From the NCBI GenBank assembly GCA_035499735.1, contig DATJYC010000049.1:147070-211069 (forward strand): a DNA stretch of 64,000 nt, read 5' to 3'. The stretch is from Burkholderiales bacterium. Its GTDB lineage: Bacteria > Pseudomonadota > Gammaproteobacteria > Burkholderiales > SG8-39. Positions 10,715 through 21,378 of this stretch are shown here, in pieces. Numbering within the stretch: the stretch's first letter is position 1; each line of letters begins with the position of its first letter. The translations under genes were made by a program, and so were the position numbers. Under the pieces are notes generated by a model. It saw only the letters and a list, made by a program, of their open reading frames with translations. It was not told the origin of the DNA and searched no databases.

Positions 10715-13700
10715 TTGAACCAGCCGCTTGAAAAACTAGAGCAGCTCGAGCACGCGATCGAGGAAACGATCGACGAGGCCATTCCGCCCAGGAGCGGCTG
10801 GGCGGTGGCCGCGCGCGTCGCCGCGTGGGCTCTCTTCGCGTTGTATCTGCTGTTCGCCGGGGTATTGCTGCTGCTTCGCTACTACGTCCTTCCCCAGGCG
10901 TCGCAACACCGGGGCGACGTCGAGCGGATAGCGTCGCAGGCCCTCGGGCAGCGCATCACAGTCGGCTCCATCGACGCGGATTGGCAGGGCCTGCGCCCGG
11001 AGCTCCTTCTGGGAAATGTGACCGTCTACGATCACGACGGCCGCGCCGCCCTGTCGCTGCCCGGAATCGAGGCGACCGTCGCCTGGAGCTCGCTGGTGGT
11101 CTGGGCCCCGAGATTCTATTCGCTCATATTCGAGCGGCCGCGGCTCGAGATTCGCCGCGACGAGGCCGGCAAGTTCCACGTTGCCGGAATCGAGCTGCAC
11201 CCGGCCCAGGGGGGAGACGTCGGCATCGCGCAGTGGGTGCTCTCGCAGCGCGAGATCACCATCCGCGACGCGAGCGTCAGCTGGGAGGACAAGCTCCGCG
11301 GAGCGCCTCCGCTCGAGCTGCATACGCTCAATTTCGTGCTGCGCAACGGCTTTCTCGGCCACCGCTTCGCCTTCAAGGCCAAGCCGCCCGCAGACCTCGC
11401 CTCGACGCTCGACGTGCGCGGCGACCTGAGCGGCGGGAATCTCGGCGACTGGGCGGCGTGGAGCGGGCGCTTGTACGCCGAGCTCGAATACGCCGACCTC
11501 GCGGTGTGGAGGCGCTGGGTGGACTATCCGATCGACATTCGCGCCGGCAAGGGTGGAGTGCGCGTATGGGTCGACCTCGACGGCAAGAGCCGCTCCGAGG
11601 CGACCGCCGACGTCGCGCTCTCCCAGGTCGCGGTCCGCCTCGCCAAGGACGCACCGGTGCTTGATCTGGACTATCTTCGCGGGCGCTTGGGGGCGAGCCA
11701 ACGCGCGGCCAGGGGCTTCGAAGTGTCCGGCCGAAGGGTGATGCTGAGGACCGACTCCGGGATAGAAGTGCCGCCTGCGGATTTCCGGGTGCTCTGGGAG
11801 ATGGCGGAAGGGGGCTCCACCGTCGGCGGCGAGGTCGAAGCCAACGCGATCGAACTCGCTCCGCTTGCCAAGCTCGCGGGCTACTTCCCCTTCTCGGGCG
11901 CCGTGCGCGAGCGCCTCACCGGAAGCGATCCCCGCGGCAGCATCCACAACCTCAAGGCCACCTGGACCGGCGAGCCAGACGATCCGCAGCATTTCGACGT
12001 GCGCGGAAGCTTCCGCAGGCTGGCGGTCCGGGCGCACGAGAAGATTCCGGGGATGTCGGGCCTGACGGGCAGGTTCGAAGCGAACGAGAAAGGCGGGAGC
12101 GTCGTTCTCGGCTCGGAGCGCGTGTCGTTCGAGCTGCCCGGGATCGTCGCCGACGGCGGTGCGCAGGTCGACACGCTGAGTGCGCAGATCACGTGGAATC
12201 TAGCGCCGGACCGCCTCGAGGTCGGCTTCGGCAACCTTTCCTTCTCCAACGCCGACGTGTCGGGAACGCTCTTCGGCAGTTTCTCGAAGCCGCGGGATGC
12301 GGGCGGGACGATCGACCTCACGGGCAACTTTTCCCGCGTCGATGGCCGCGCCGTATACCGCTACATTCCGCGCCTGCCCCAGCCGGTGGTCGACTATTTG
12401 AAGGCGTCGATACGCGCCGGTCGCTCGAACGACCTCAAGCTGCGCCTCAAGGGCGCGCTCGCCCAGTTTCCCTTCGACGAGCCGGGCACCGGGACCTTTC
12501 AGATCATCGCCAAGGTCGCGGACGCGGATTTCCGCTACGCCGAGGGCTGGCCGGCGGCGACGGGCCTGACCGGCGACCTGATCTTCGAGGGCAAGGCGAT
12601 GCGCATCCTCGCCTCGCGCGGCGAGCTGGCGGGCGTGCAGACGAGCAGCGTGCGGGCGACCATCCCGGACCTCTATCACGGAAACGCGCACGTGCTGCTC
12701 GAAGTGCGCGCCGAGGATCAGACCGCCGACTTCCTTCGGTTTATCGCCGTGAGCCCGGTGACGGGGTTCCTCGACGGGGCGACCGAGGGGATGACGGCGA
12801 AGGGCCTGGGACGCCTGGAGCTCCAGCTCGACGTGCCGATCGGAAAGCCGGACGCGTTCAAGCTCTCCGGCGATTACCAGTTCGTCGAGAACGAGATAGC
12901 GGCCGGCGCCGATGCGCCGCCGTTCAGCGGTGTGAACGGGCAGATCCAGTTCACCGAGTCCGGCATCGCCGTGCGCAGCCTCACGGCCAAGATCCTCGGG
13001 GGGCCGGCCACGCTGTCGGTGGCGACCCGTGGAGACGGAACGATCGCAGTCAGCGCCCAGGGCACTGCGACCGCGCCGCAGATGCTCCACTTCTTCGGCG
13101 ACAACCTGCTGCGCCACGTGTCGGGCGCCGCGGCCTGGCAGGGCACGCTGACCGGAGGCCGCGGCAGGCCCGTGACCCTGGTCGTGCAATCGCAGCTCGT
13201 CGGGATCGCCGCGGATCTGCCGCCTCCCCTGAGCAAGGCGGCGGTCGAGCCGATGCCGCTTCGCCTGGAGCGCGTGATCCCGGGCAGATCTCAAGGGGAT
13301 TTGATCAAGGTTTGGCTGGGATCGGCGATCGAAGCGTATTTCCAGCGCAGGCGCGAGGGCGCGCAGTACGTCATGGAGCGCGGCGTGATCAGCGTGAATC
13401 AGCCGGCCGTGCTGCCCGACCGGGACGGCATGACGGTGACAGGCAGCCTGCCTTATGCGGACGCGGACCGGTGGCGCGCCCTTTTCGGGGGAAAGGACCC
13501 CACGGGCTCGTCGCTCTCCTCGGCGTTCGACCTCAAGATCGCGGAGCTGGATTTCGCTGGCCGGCGCCTGAACGACGTGGCGCTCAGGGCGGGCACGAGC
13601 GGCAACGTGTGGATCGCGAACGTGGCGTCGAAGGAGCTCGCCGGCGAGATCGCCTGGCGCCCCGAGGGTTTCGGGCGCCTGATCGCGCGCCTGAAGTATT

Positions 13701-14584
13701 TCAGCCTGCCCGATGCCACCCCGGGCAGGGAGGAGGAGCCGCCGCCGCGCGACCTGCCGGCGCTCGATATCATCGCCGACAAGCTGATCCTGGGCGGGAA
13801 CGACCTCGGCAAGCTCGAGCTCGTCGCCGTCAACAAGGCGCTCGACTGGCGCATCGAGAAGCTCGTGCTGACTGGGCCGGAGAGCACGCTCACCGCGGAT
13901 GGCGTGTGGCAGAGCTGGCGGCTCCAGCCCAAGTTCAACGTCAACATCACCGGGCTCGAGGTCAACGATATCGGACGGTACCTGGAGCGGATGGGGTATC
14001 CCAAGAGCATCGACGAGGGGCGTGCGACGCTGAAGGGCAACCTCAGCTGGGCGGGAAGTCCGCAATCCATCGATTATGCGACGCTGACCGGACACCTCGA
14101 CCTGAGCGCCGAGAAAGGGCAGTTTCTGAAGGCGCAGCCTGGAGCAGGGCGGCTCGTCGGAATCCTCAGCGCGCCGCTCACGCTCGATTTCCGGGAGCTC
14201 CGGGACCGGGGGTTTGCTTTTGATTCTCTGGCGACCGGCGTGGATATCAGCAACGGTACCATGACCACCAAGGACTTCCGCATGAGCGGGCCCTCGGCGC
14301 AGGTGACCATGTCGGGGCGCGTCGACGTCGTCAACGAGACACAGGACTTGTACGCGCACGTCGAGCCATCGGTCGGCGAGAGCACGGCTCTGGTCGTCGC
14401 CGCCGTGGTCAACCCGGTCTGGGGCCTGGGTGCGCTGCTGCTGCAAAAGATACTCAAGAACCCCCTAGGGCAGGTGCTCTCCTTCGAGTACCATGTCACC
14501 GGAACCTGGGCCGAGCCGAAAGTCGATCGCCTCAAGGCGGACGTGCGCGCCGTGAGGGAAGCCCCCCAGCCCTCGCTACCATGA
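10715..14584 (+). CDS. yhdP: YhdP family (TIGR02099/AsmA2-like) large envelope protein
   Basis: 1289 aa with an N-terminal TM anchor and a long beta-rich body. Conserved position upstream of the nitrilase-family gene and tldD. TTG start as in the track; the start is uncertain. Confidence 0.8.
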   Translation: MNQPLEKLEQLEHAIEETIDEAIPPRSGWAVAARVAAWALFALYLLFAGVLLLLRYYVLPQASQHRGDVERIASQALGQRITVGSIDADWQGLRPELLLGNVTVYDHDGRAALSLPGIEATVAWSSLVVWAPRFYSLIFERPRLEIRRDEAGKFHVAGIELHPAQGGDVGIAQWVLSQREITIRDASVSWEDKLRGAPPLELHTLNFVLRNGFLGHRFAFKAKPPADLASTLDVRGDLSGGNLGDWAAWSGRLYAELEYADLAVWRRWVDYPIDIRAGKGGVRVWVDLDGKSRSEATADVALSQVAVRLAKDAPVLDLDYLRGRLGASQRAARGFEVSGRRVMLRTDSGIEVPPADFRVLWEMAEGGSTVGGEVEANAIELAPLAKLAGYFPFSGAVRERLTGSDPRGSIHNLKATWTGEPDDPQHFDVRGSFRRLAVRAHEKIPGMSGLTGRFEANEKGGSVVLGSERVSFELPGIVADGGAQVDTLSAQITWNLAPDRLEVGFGNLSFSNADVSGTLFGSFSKPRDAGGTIDLTGNFSRVDGRAVYRYIPRLPQPVVDYLKASIRAGRSNDLKLRLKGALAQFPFDEPGTGTFQIIAKVADADFRYAEGWPAATGLTGDLIFEGKAMRILASRGELAGVQTSSVRATIPDLYHGNAHVLLEVRAEDQTADFLRFIAVSPVTGFLDGATEGMTAKGLGRLELQLDVPIGKPDAFKLSGDYQFVENEIAAGADAPPFSGVNGQIQFTESGIAVRSLTAKILGGPATLSVATRGDGTIAVSAQGTATAPQMLHFFGDNLLRHVSGAAAWQGTLTGGRGRPVTLVVQSQLVGIAADLPPPLSKAAVEPMPLRLERVIPGRSQGDLIKVWLGSAIEAYFQRRREGAQYVMERGVISVNQPAVLPDRDGMTVTGSLPYADADRWRALFGGKDPTGSSLSSAFDLKIAELDFAGRRLNDVALRAGTSGNVWIANVASKELAGEIAWRPEGFGRLIARLKYFSLPDATPGREEEPPPRDLPALDIIADKLILGGNDLGKLELVAVNKALDWRIEKLVLTGPESTLTADGVWQSWRLQPKFNVNITGLEVNDIGRYLERMGYPKSIDEGRATLKGNLSWAGSPQSIDYATLTGHLDLSAEKGQFLKAQPGAGRLVGILSAPLTLDFRELRDRGFAFDSLATGVDISNGTMTTKDFRMSGPSAQVTMSGRVDVVNETQDLYAHVEPSVGESTALVVAAVVNPVWGLGALLLQKILKNPLGQVLSFEYHVTGTWAEPKVDRLKADVRAVREAPQPSLP

Positions 14585-15408
14585 GCCCGAGCGCTCCGTA
14601 TCGCGTCGCCCTTGTGCAAATGGTGTCCACGCCTGTCGTTGCGGAGAATCTGGACGCCGCGGAGGGCCTCGTGGCACAGGCGGCGGCGGGCGGGGCGAAG
14701 CTGGTGGCGCTCCCCGAGTATTTCTGCATTCTCGGGATGCGCGACACCGACAAGCTGGCCGCGCGGGAGAAGGACGGCGCCGGCCCCGTCCAGGAATTCC
14801 TGGCGGGAACGGCCAGGCGACACGGCATCTGGCTTGTTGGGGGATCGGTGCCGCTCGAGTGCGCCGACCCGGGCAAGGTGCGCAACAGCTGCCTCATCTA
14901 CGACGCCGAGGGAAGGCGCGTCGCCCGCTACGACAAGATTCACCTGTTCGGGCTGGAGCTGGGGGCCGAGCAGTTCGACGAGGGCCGGACCATCGAAGCA
15001 GGGACGGCGCCCTGCGCCATCGAGTCGCCGTTCGGGCGCATCGCCGTTTCGGTGTGCTACGACGTGCGTTTCCCCGAACTGTACCGCGCGCTCGCACCCA
15101 TGGACCTCATCCTCGTGCCGTCGGCGTTCACCGCGACCACCGGACGCGCGCACTGGGAAACGCTGCTTCGAGCCCGCGCGATCGAGAATCTCGCCTGGGT
15201 TCTGGCGCCCGCGCAGGGCGGCACCCACGCGAGCGGCCGGCAGACGCACGGGCACACCATGGTGGTCGACCCCTGGGGCAAGATCGTCGCCGAGCGCGCG
15301 ACCGGAGCGGGCATCGTACTGGCCGACATCGACCCTTCCTTCCAGTCGCAGATGCGCAGGAGCCTCCCGGCGCTCGCGCACCGCGTCATGCAGGCCCGTC
15401 GGAGCTAG
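14581..15408 (+). CDS. Carbon-nitrogen hydrolase (nitrilase superfamily) protein
   Basis: Glu-Lys-Cys triad context ([24 protein letters not shown]). ATGA overlap with the yhdP stop. Confidence 0.85.
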   Translation: MSPSAPYRVALVQMVSTPVVAENLDAAEGLVAQAAAGGAKLVALPEYFCILGMRDTDKLAAREKDGAGPVQEFLAGTARRHGIWLVGGSVPLECADPGKVRNSCLIYDAEGRRVARYDKIHLFGLELGAEQFDEGRTIEAGTAPCAIESPFGRIAVSVCYDVRFPELYRALAPMDLILVPSAFTATTGRAHWETLLRARAIENLAWVLAPAQGGTHASGRQTHGHTMVVDPWGKIVAERATGAGIVLADIDPSFQSQMRRSLPALAHRVMQARRS

Positions 15409-15442
15409 AATATCGGGCGTATCGCCCCCACGTTTCGGATCC

Positions 15443-16888
15443 ATGGATACCAGAGAGCAGCTCCTTTCCACGGCGCAATCCTTCTTGCTCGCCCCGCACG
15501 ACCTCGAGGCAGGAAAGCTCGAAAGCGTGTTCGGCTCCCTGCTGACGCACCGGCTCGACTACGCGGACCTGTACTTCCAGTACGCGCGCAGCGAGGGCTG
15601 GAGCCTGGAGGAGGGTATCGTCAAGTCGGGCAGCTTCAGCATCGACCAGGGGGTGGGCGTGCGCGCGATCGCGGGAGAAAAAACCGCGTTCGCGTATTCC
15701 GACGAGATCAGCCTTACCGCGCTCGAAGACGCGGCCCGGGCCACGCGCGCGATCGCAGCCGGCGGCGGAGCGCGGCACCCGGTGGCGGCGCGGCCGAGCT
15801 CGGGGCTGCAGCTCTACCGCCCGATCGACCCGCTCGCATCGCTCGAGGACGCGAGGAAGGTGAAGCTTCTCGAGCGCCTGGAAAGCCTGTGCCGCGCGCG
15901 CGACCCGCGCATCATCCAGGTCATGGCGAGCCTCGCCGCAGAATACGAAGTCGTGCTCGTTGCGCGCTCGGACGGCGCACTCGCGGCAGACGTGCGGCCG
16001 CTGGTGCGCATGTCGGTGCAGGTCATCGCCGAGGAGAACGGGCGCCGCGAGCAGGGCTCCTCAGGCGGAGGCGGGCGAGGCGACTACGCGTACTTCAGCG
16101 AGCAGCGGCTGCAGGAATACGCGAACCACGCCGTGGACCAGGCAATCGTGAACCTGAGGTCGCGGCCGGCGCCCGCCGGGACGATGACGGTCGTGCTCGG
16201 GCCGGGGTGGCCGGGCGTACTGCTTCACGAGGCCATAGGCCACGGCCTGGAAGGCGACTTCAACCGCAAGGGCTCGTCGGCGTTCGCGGGCAAGATCGGC
16301 AGGAAAGTCGCGGCAAAGGGCGTCACCGTGGTCGACGACGGGACCCTGCCCGGAAGGCGCGGATCGCTGAACATCGACGATGAGGGCAACCCCACGCAGC
16401 GCAACTTCCTCATAGAGGACGGCGTGCTGCGCGGCTACATGCAGGACAGCCTGAACGCGCGCCTGATGGGCGTGCCGGTGACCGGGAACGGCCGGCGCGA
16501 ATCCTTCGCGCACGTCGTAATGCCGCGAATGACGAATACCTACATGCTGAACGGCGACAAGGATCCCGAGGAGATCATCGCTTCCGTGAAGAAGGGTCTC
16601 TACGCAGTCAACTTCGGCGGCGGACAGGTCGACATCACGAACGGCAAGTTCGTGTTCTCGGCCTCGGAAGCGCACATGATCGAGAACGGCAAGGTCACCT
16701 ATCCCGTGAAGGGCGCGACCCTGATCGGCAACGGCCCTGATGTGCTCACGCGCGTCTCGATGATCGGCAACGACCTCGCGCTCGACACCGGGGTCGGTAC
16801 CTGCGGCAAGGAGGGCCAGAGCGTTCCCGTCGGCGTGGGTCAGCCGACGCTTAGGATCGACGGCTTGACGGTGGGCGGCACGGCCTGA
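15443..16888 (+). CDS. tldD: Metalloprotease TldD
   Basis: ATG at 15443 inside the longer track [12 protein letters not shown] zinc motif and TldD-like sequence to the C-terminus. Confidence 0.9.
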   Translation: MDTREQLLSTAQSFLLAPHDLEAGKLESVFGSLLTHRLDYADLYFQYARSEGWSLEEGIVKSGSFSIDQGVGVRAIAGEKTAFAYSDEISLTALEDAARATRAIAAGGGARHPVAARPSSGLQLYRPIDPLASLEDARKVKLLERLESLCRARDPRIIQVMASLAAEYEVVLVARSDGALAADVRPLVRMSVQVIAEENGRREQGSSGGGGRGDYAYFSEQRLQEYANHAVDQAIVNLRSRPAPAGTMTVVLGPGWPGVLLHEAIGHGLEGDFNRKGSSAFAGKIGRKVAAKGVTVVDDGTLPGRRGSLNIDDEGNPTQRNFLIEDGVLRGYMQDSLNARLMGVPVTGNGRRESFAHVVMPRMTNTYMLNGDKDPEEIIASVKKGLYAVNFGGGQVDITNGKFVFSASEAHMIENGKVTYPVKGATLIGNGPDVLTRVSMIGNDLALDTGVGTCGKEGQSVPVGVGQPTLRIDGLTVGGTA

Positions 16889-16934
16889 CACGTCGCGGTC
16901 GCGGATTTCACCTGCTCGAAGCGCTCGGCGCGCC

Positions 16935-18092
16935 ATGGCTGACATCGAACTCATGTCCGGACAGGTCCTGTTCCAGGAAGGCGCGGCCAGCCGGCATATC
17001 TACCGCGTCGTTTCAGGCGAGATCGAAGTCAGCCGTCGGATGGGGGACGGCGTTGCCGTCCTGGGGCGCGTCGGGTCCGGGAGCTTCGTCGGCGAGATGG
17101 GCACTCTGGTGTGGGCGCCCCGCAGCGGCACGGCGCGGGCCGTCTCGGACACGGTTCTGAGACGCTACCGCCGCAGCGAGTTTCTCGCGGAAATCGTCCG
17201 CGACCCGGATCTCTCGGCGCAGGTGCTCAACGGCCTGAGCCTTCGTTCGCGCGCGCAGATTGAGTTTCTGCGCGGCGCGCCGGCGCCGAGCAGGCGCGCG
17301 TCGGGTCTCCAACGCTTCATCGAGGCATTGCGCTCGCTCCTCAAGCGGGCGCCGCACCAGGGCGCGCTGCGCGTCGCCATCGAGAGATCCGGATTCACGC
17401 GCTGCGAATTCGAGCCGGGATGCGCCCTGTTCGAGGAAGGCTCGCCATCCGACAGCGTCTTCTGGATCGAGTCCGGTCGGGTCCTCGTCCGCACCCGGGA
17501 CAACAGCGGAGCCGACCGGCGCGCAGGGCACGCCCGAGCCGGCGAATTTCTCGGCGAGATGGGAGTGCTCGAGTCGCTGCCCCGCTCGGCCACCGCGATC
17601 GCCGCCGCGGAGGTGGCGGCCTACAGGATGTCCCCCGAGGAGTTCAGCGCGCTGCTGCGGCGCTCGCCCGCCGCGGTGCTCACTGTGATCGACGCGCTTT
17701 GCGAGCGCGCGCGACGCACCCACAGGCGCAGCGCCGCCTGGGACGGCCGTGCCGGCAACCTGCTCGATGCCCTGCGTACCGTGGACAGCATGGCGCAGCT
17801 GGCCGAGCAGCGGCTCGTGGACGAGGCGCACCGCGTCCGCGCCTACGTCGCGGTACAGTGGGGACGCGGGAAAGCCATGACCGCGACCTACCACAAGTAC
17901 CTGCGGGGCGCGGCCACCCGCGAGGAGATGGAGCAGGCGAACGCGGTGCTGCGCGACTACCTCAAGATCGCGGGCCTCGGCACCCTGCTCATCCTGCCCG
18001 GCGCGCCCGTCACCATTCCCCTGGTCGCGAAGCTCGGCAAAGCGCTCGGCGTCGACATCTTCCCGAAGGACGTGGAAGCGGAGACGAACTGA
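16935..18092 (+). CDS. Protein with two cyclic-nucleotide-binding domains and a LETM1-like C-terminal segment
   Basis: Two cNMP-binding-like modules (FQEGAAS...FVGEMG and FEEGSPS...FLGEMG). The C-terminal KYLRGAATREEMEQANAVLRDYLKIAGLGTLLILPGAPVTIPL segment resembles LETM1-type motifs. Confidence 0.7.
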   Translation: MADIELMSGQVLFQEGAASRHIYRVVSGEIEVSRRMGDGVAVLGRVGSGSFVGEMGTLVWAPRSGTARAVSDTVLRRYRRSEFLAEIVRDPDLSAQVLNGLSLRSRAQIEFLRGAPAPSRRASGLQRFIEALRSLLKRAPHQGALRVAIERSGFTRCEFEPGCALFEEGSPSDSVFWIESGRVLVRTRDNSGADRRAGHARAGEFLGEMGVLESLPRSATAIAAAEVAAYRMSPEEFSALLRRSPAAVLTVIDALCERARRTHRRSAAWDGRAGNLLDALRTVDSMAQLAEQRLVDEAHRVRAYVAVQWGRGKAMTATYHKYLRGAATREEMEQANAVLRDYLKIAGLGTLLILPGAPVTIPLVAKLGKALGVDIFPKDVEAETN

Positions 18093-18093
18093 C

Positions 18094-19716
18094 TCAGATG
18101 TCCGTCCGCCGGCGCCGATCCTGCCTGCGGCGGTTGCCATCGAGAACGGACGCGTCGCCGGACCGCTGCTCGGCGCCGGTCGCGACGTCCCGGCGGTCCC
18201 GGCCCCTGCGGCGATCAACGAAAGCGGCCTTCTGCCCCGCCTTCAGCGCGGCAAGCCAGCGAATTCCCTCGCGATCGATGTAGTAGCACTCGGAGAAATC
18301 GATGACCACCTCTTCCGTGCCTGCGAGAGCTCTGTGATACATGGACTCGATCACCGGAAGCGAGCCGTAGTAGATGTTGCCCCGGATCTTCAGGACGTTG
18401 CCGCGCAGGCTGATGTCGGGATGCGCCTGCTGCCACTTGGAATAGGCGATGGCAAGCGCCGAGCCGACGAGAACGGCCTCGAAGAGATCGAGGAAAAGAA
18501 CCGAGAGGAAGGACGCCATGAACACGGTTGCTTCGTGCCGGCTCTGGAGGTGCGGCTTGATGTCTTCCCAGTTGATCATATTGGCGCCGAGCAGCACGAT
18601 GATCCCTGCCATCGCGGGCATGGGTATGACCGCGATCGCCCTGGCGAGAAACACCACCAGCAGCAGCAGCCACAGCGCGGAGCTAGCAATCGCGATACGG
18701 CTGTGTATCCCCAGCTTGTTCACGAGCCACATGCGGTTGAAAGACGCGCAGGTGGGCAGCGAGGATAGAAACGGCAGAAGGCAGTTGGAGACGGCATCGG
18801 AGAAAATGGCTTTGCGGCTGTCCGTAAAGCCGCCGACCTTGCGGCTCATGCGGCGCATGGCCGCCACCGTCTGAAACAGCCCGAGCAGGGCCAGTGTCAG
18901 GGCGCCGGGGAGGATGGAGATGACATCCGGCATCGACTCCTGATTGAACAGCGGCATTGACGGCAGTACGAAGCCGATGGAAGACAGGTTGCCAATCTGC
19001 TCGATCAGCGTGTTCTGTAGTCCCAGCGTCGCGTTCAGGTACTGCGAGTAGAGCGTGCCGGCCGCGATGCCGAAAAGGATCGCCCAGTTTCGCAGCCGCT
19101 CGAACTGCTGGACGACGACGCAGGTCAGCAGCGTGACGAGCCCGATCTGGATCGCGTAAAGGTTGCCGATCTCCAGCAATGCGAGAAGCGACTGCCAGGC
19201 GATCCACAGCGGCCACTCCACCTCGGTGTTGAGCGGCAACCCGGCGAACGTGGTCAGCGACCGGAAGATCAGGATCAGGCCGATGCCGCAGATCATGCCG
19301 TTGATCACGGGCTCGCTGATGAGGTCCAGCATGCGGCCCAGGGGACGGACGAGGTAGAACATCAGCTGGATCAGCCCGGCCATGAGGCCCAGGGTGAGCG
19401 CGAGGCCCATGTATTCCGCGCCGAACGGCGGGGCCGTGGGTAGCAGGGTGACCCCGATCGAGGCCGACATGGCGGTATTGGGTCCTCCGTGGAAGACCCG
19501 CGACGGGTTGAGCAGGCTGCAGAACAGCACGCCCCAGATGGCGGCATAGATGCCGAAGTGCGGAGGCACGCCGGCAAGGGTGACGGAAAAGGCCACCGCC
19601 TGCGGCAGCGTCACCAGAGCCAGGGTCAGGCCGACCACCAGATTGCGGCTTAGCCCGGGCCAGCGCTCGACGACGAAGGCCCGGTATTTTCCCGCAAGCG
19701 CCGCCGACTTCATCAT
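18094..19716 (-). CDS. SulP-family anion permease with C-terminal STAS domain and Arg-rich tail
   Basis: Start MMKSAALAG at 19716 overlaps the upstream stop (ATGA). Multi-TM SulP sequence, STAS-like segment (VVIDFSECYYIDREGIRWL) and RRRGRDRR...RRRQDRRRR tail. The track ORF to 20082 is an over-extension. Confidence 0.85.
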   Translation of the reverse strand: MMKSAALAGKYRAFVVERWPGLSRNLVVGLTLALVTLPQAVAFSVTLAGVPPHFGIYAAIWGVLFCSLLNPSRVFHGGPNTAMSASIGVTLLPTAPPFGAEYMGLALTLGLMAGLIQLMFYLVRPLGRMLDLISEPVINGMICGIGLILIFRSLTTFAGLPLNTEVEWPLWIAWQSLLALLEIGNLYAIQIGLVTLLTCVVVQQFERLRNWAILFGIAAGTLYSQYLNATLGLQNTLIEQIGNLSSIGFVLPSMPLFNQESMPDVISILPGALTLALLGLFQTVAAMRRMSRKVGGFTDSRKAIFSDAVSNCLLPFLSSLPTCASFNRMWLVNKLGIHSRIAIASSALWLLLLVVFLARAIAVIPMPAMAGIIVLLGANMINWEDIKPHLQSRHEATVFMASFLSVLFLDLFEAVLVGSALAIAYSKWQQAHPDISLRGNVLKIRGNIYYGSLPVIESMYHRALAGTEEVVIDFSECYYIDREGIRWLAALKAGQKAAFVDRRRGRDRRDVATGAEQRSGDASVLDGNRRRQDRRRRTDI

Positions 19717-20810
19717 CGGCCCTGTTCTGGCCCCGCCCGGGGTTCGTCGCCGCGCGCCGATCCGCTCATCCGCAGCAGGGGAGGCAGGACCTTCATCAGG
19801 ATCTGCTGGACGAGCGCGACGACAGGCCCCTGTCGGTCGCCCGCAGGCCTGGGCAGGTTGCTGAGGTAGTAGGCGATATCGCGGCATTCCTGGTTGGGCA
19901 AGGTGTTCTCCTTCCCCAGGGGCATATTCCGGCAGATGAACCCGGGGAGGATCGTCGAGACGTAATAGAAATAGTTGCGCGACTGCATGTTCCAGGCATT
20001 GGGCCCGGCGATCGCGGGCGCCACGAGATGGCCCTCTGCGTCCACCACGCCGAAGGCCTGGGGGCCGTGGCAGCTGGCACACTTGTGCTTGTAGAGCGCT
20101 TCGCCGCGAACATAATCGTCGCCCTGCTTGGGCGTGGCGGACGCGGGAATCTCGTCGATACCCTGCTCGTCGTAGCGGTTGCCTATCTTCATGTCCAGCG
20201 CGGCCGAGAGGAAGCGGCTATAGGACGTGACGTCGCGTATGACGTCATCGGCGATGTTGGGCTTGTAGCCGTTGGACGAGTTGATGTAGCACTGCATCTG
20301 CCGCAGCTCGAAGGGCAGCAGCAGCCCGGTAAAACGGTCGTACATGTCCGCCATCGTCCACGAGGCGCCGAGATTCAGCGAGCCGACCAGCCGGTTGCCT
20401 GCCGGATCCTGCTTGTCCCCGATGCTCTGGTGGCAGTGCCGGCACGCCGTATGGGAACCGCGGATGAACCGCTTGGCATTCCAGCGCTCGTGGTCGGGAT
20501 CGCTGGCTAGGCGCCCCTGGGTGTCATCGATGATGTTGCACCCGCGCTGGATGGCGCGAACATCGTCGTCGGAGTAGCCGCGTGCAGTGACCTTTGCGCC
20601 GGTGCGCTGCAGGACGTAGGGGGACTGGTAGACCTCGCCGCTCTCGAGGCCGTAGCGCGCGAGCTTTTCGGTGCAGGCCGGCGTCAGCGAGACCTCCGCG
20701 TGCCGGATGGCTTCCCTTTGGGCGTGTTCGTAGGTCGCCAGGAGGTAAAGTCCTCCGCAGGCGATTGCCAGCACCAGAAGCTTCATGAGTCTTTCGGCGA
20801 GCATGGACAT
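19713..20810 (-). CDS. Membrane-anchored diheme c-type cytochrome, TsdA (thiosulfate dehydrogenase)-like
   Basis: N-terminal TM helix and two CxxCH motifs (CRHCH, CASCH). A conserved Cys (RQMQCYINSSNG) lies downstream of heme 1. The C-terminal half resembles TsdA domain II (GEALYKHKCASCHG...ICRNMPLG...ECRDIAYYL). Confidence 0.75.
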   Translation of the reverse strand: MSMLAERLMKLLVLAIACGGLYLLATYEHAQREAIRHAEVSLTPACTEKLARYGLESGEVYQSPYVLQRTGAKVTARGYSDDDVRAIQRGCNIIDDTQGRLASDPDHERWNAKRFIRGSHTACRHCHQSIGDKQDPAGNRLVGSLNLGASWTMADMYDRFTGLLLPFELRQMQCYINSSNGYKPNIADDVIRDVTSYSRFLSAALDMKIGNRYDEQGIDEIPASATPKQGDDYVRGEALYKHKCASCHGPQAFGVVDAEGHLVAPAIAGPNAWNMQSRNYFYYVSTILPGFICRNMPLGKENTLPNQECRDIAYYLSNLPRPAGDRQGPVVALVQQILMKVLPPLLRMSGSARGDEPRAGPEQGR

Positions 20811-20813
20811 AGG

Positions 20814-21368
20814 CTATTTGGCTTTCCTCAGGGCGCCTTCGCTGAGCTGCAGGTGATGCGAGACCGTGCGTGCGAAAAGGCGAATGTCGCGGACCGCAGG
20901 CTCGTAGATGGTTGGCACGAAGCCGTTCATCGGGCCGGCGTAGCAACGCCTCACCCTGTCCTCGAAGGACAGTCGAATTCCAAGCTTGGGGTCGACGCGG
21001 TCGGAGTTGACGAAGGCATAGGCCATATCCTCCGCCGTATGACAGGAGCCGCAGGCGTTGACGCGGTCGCCGGCGGTCTTGCGTGTGAAGCGCGGCGCGT
21101 ATTTGTAAGTGTAGAAGACGAGGTTGTATCCGCTCTGGACCGCGCGCACGAACTGGCCGTCATCTCCGAAGTAGCTGACCCCGTACTCGGCGCTGAACTT
21201 CTCCCATCCGGGCTCCGACGACACTTCAGAGCGAAACGTTTGCACGCCCGACCCCAGATGCGCCCAGAGAACGAAGGCGACAATCAGTCCGACGACCGCG
21301 AACACCCCGCGCCGCGTCGGCTCCACGGACCCTTCGCGCTCCGTCTCCGTCGCCTCGTCCATAGCCAT
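20814..21368 (-). CDS. Membrane-anchored monoheme c-type cytochrome, TsdA domain-I-like
   Basis: TM helix and a single CGSCH motif. Also SGYNLVFYTYKYAPRF...ACGSCH and RVRRCYAGPMNG motifs as in TsdA/SoxA-type heme domains. The start is ATG 21368 or GTG 21401. Confidence 0.7.
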   Translation of the reverse strand: MAMDEATETEREGSVEPTRRGVFAVVGLIVAFVLWAHLGSGVQTFRSEVSSEPGWEKFSAEYGVSYFGDDGQFVRAVQSGYNLVFYTYKYAPRFTRKTAGDRVNACGSCHTAEDMAYAFVNSDRVDPKLGIRLSFEDRVRRCYAGPMNGFVPTIYEPAVRDIRLFARTVSHHLQLSEGALRKAK

Positions 21369-21378
21369 GGTTCTAGGT

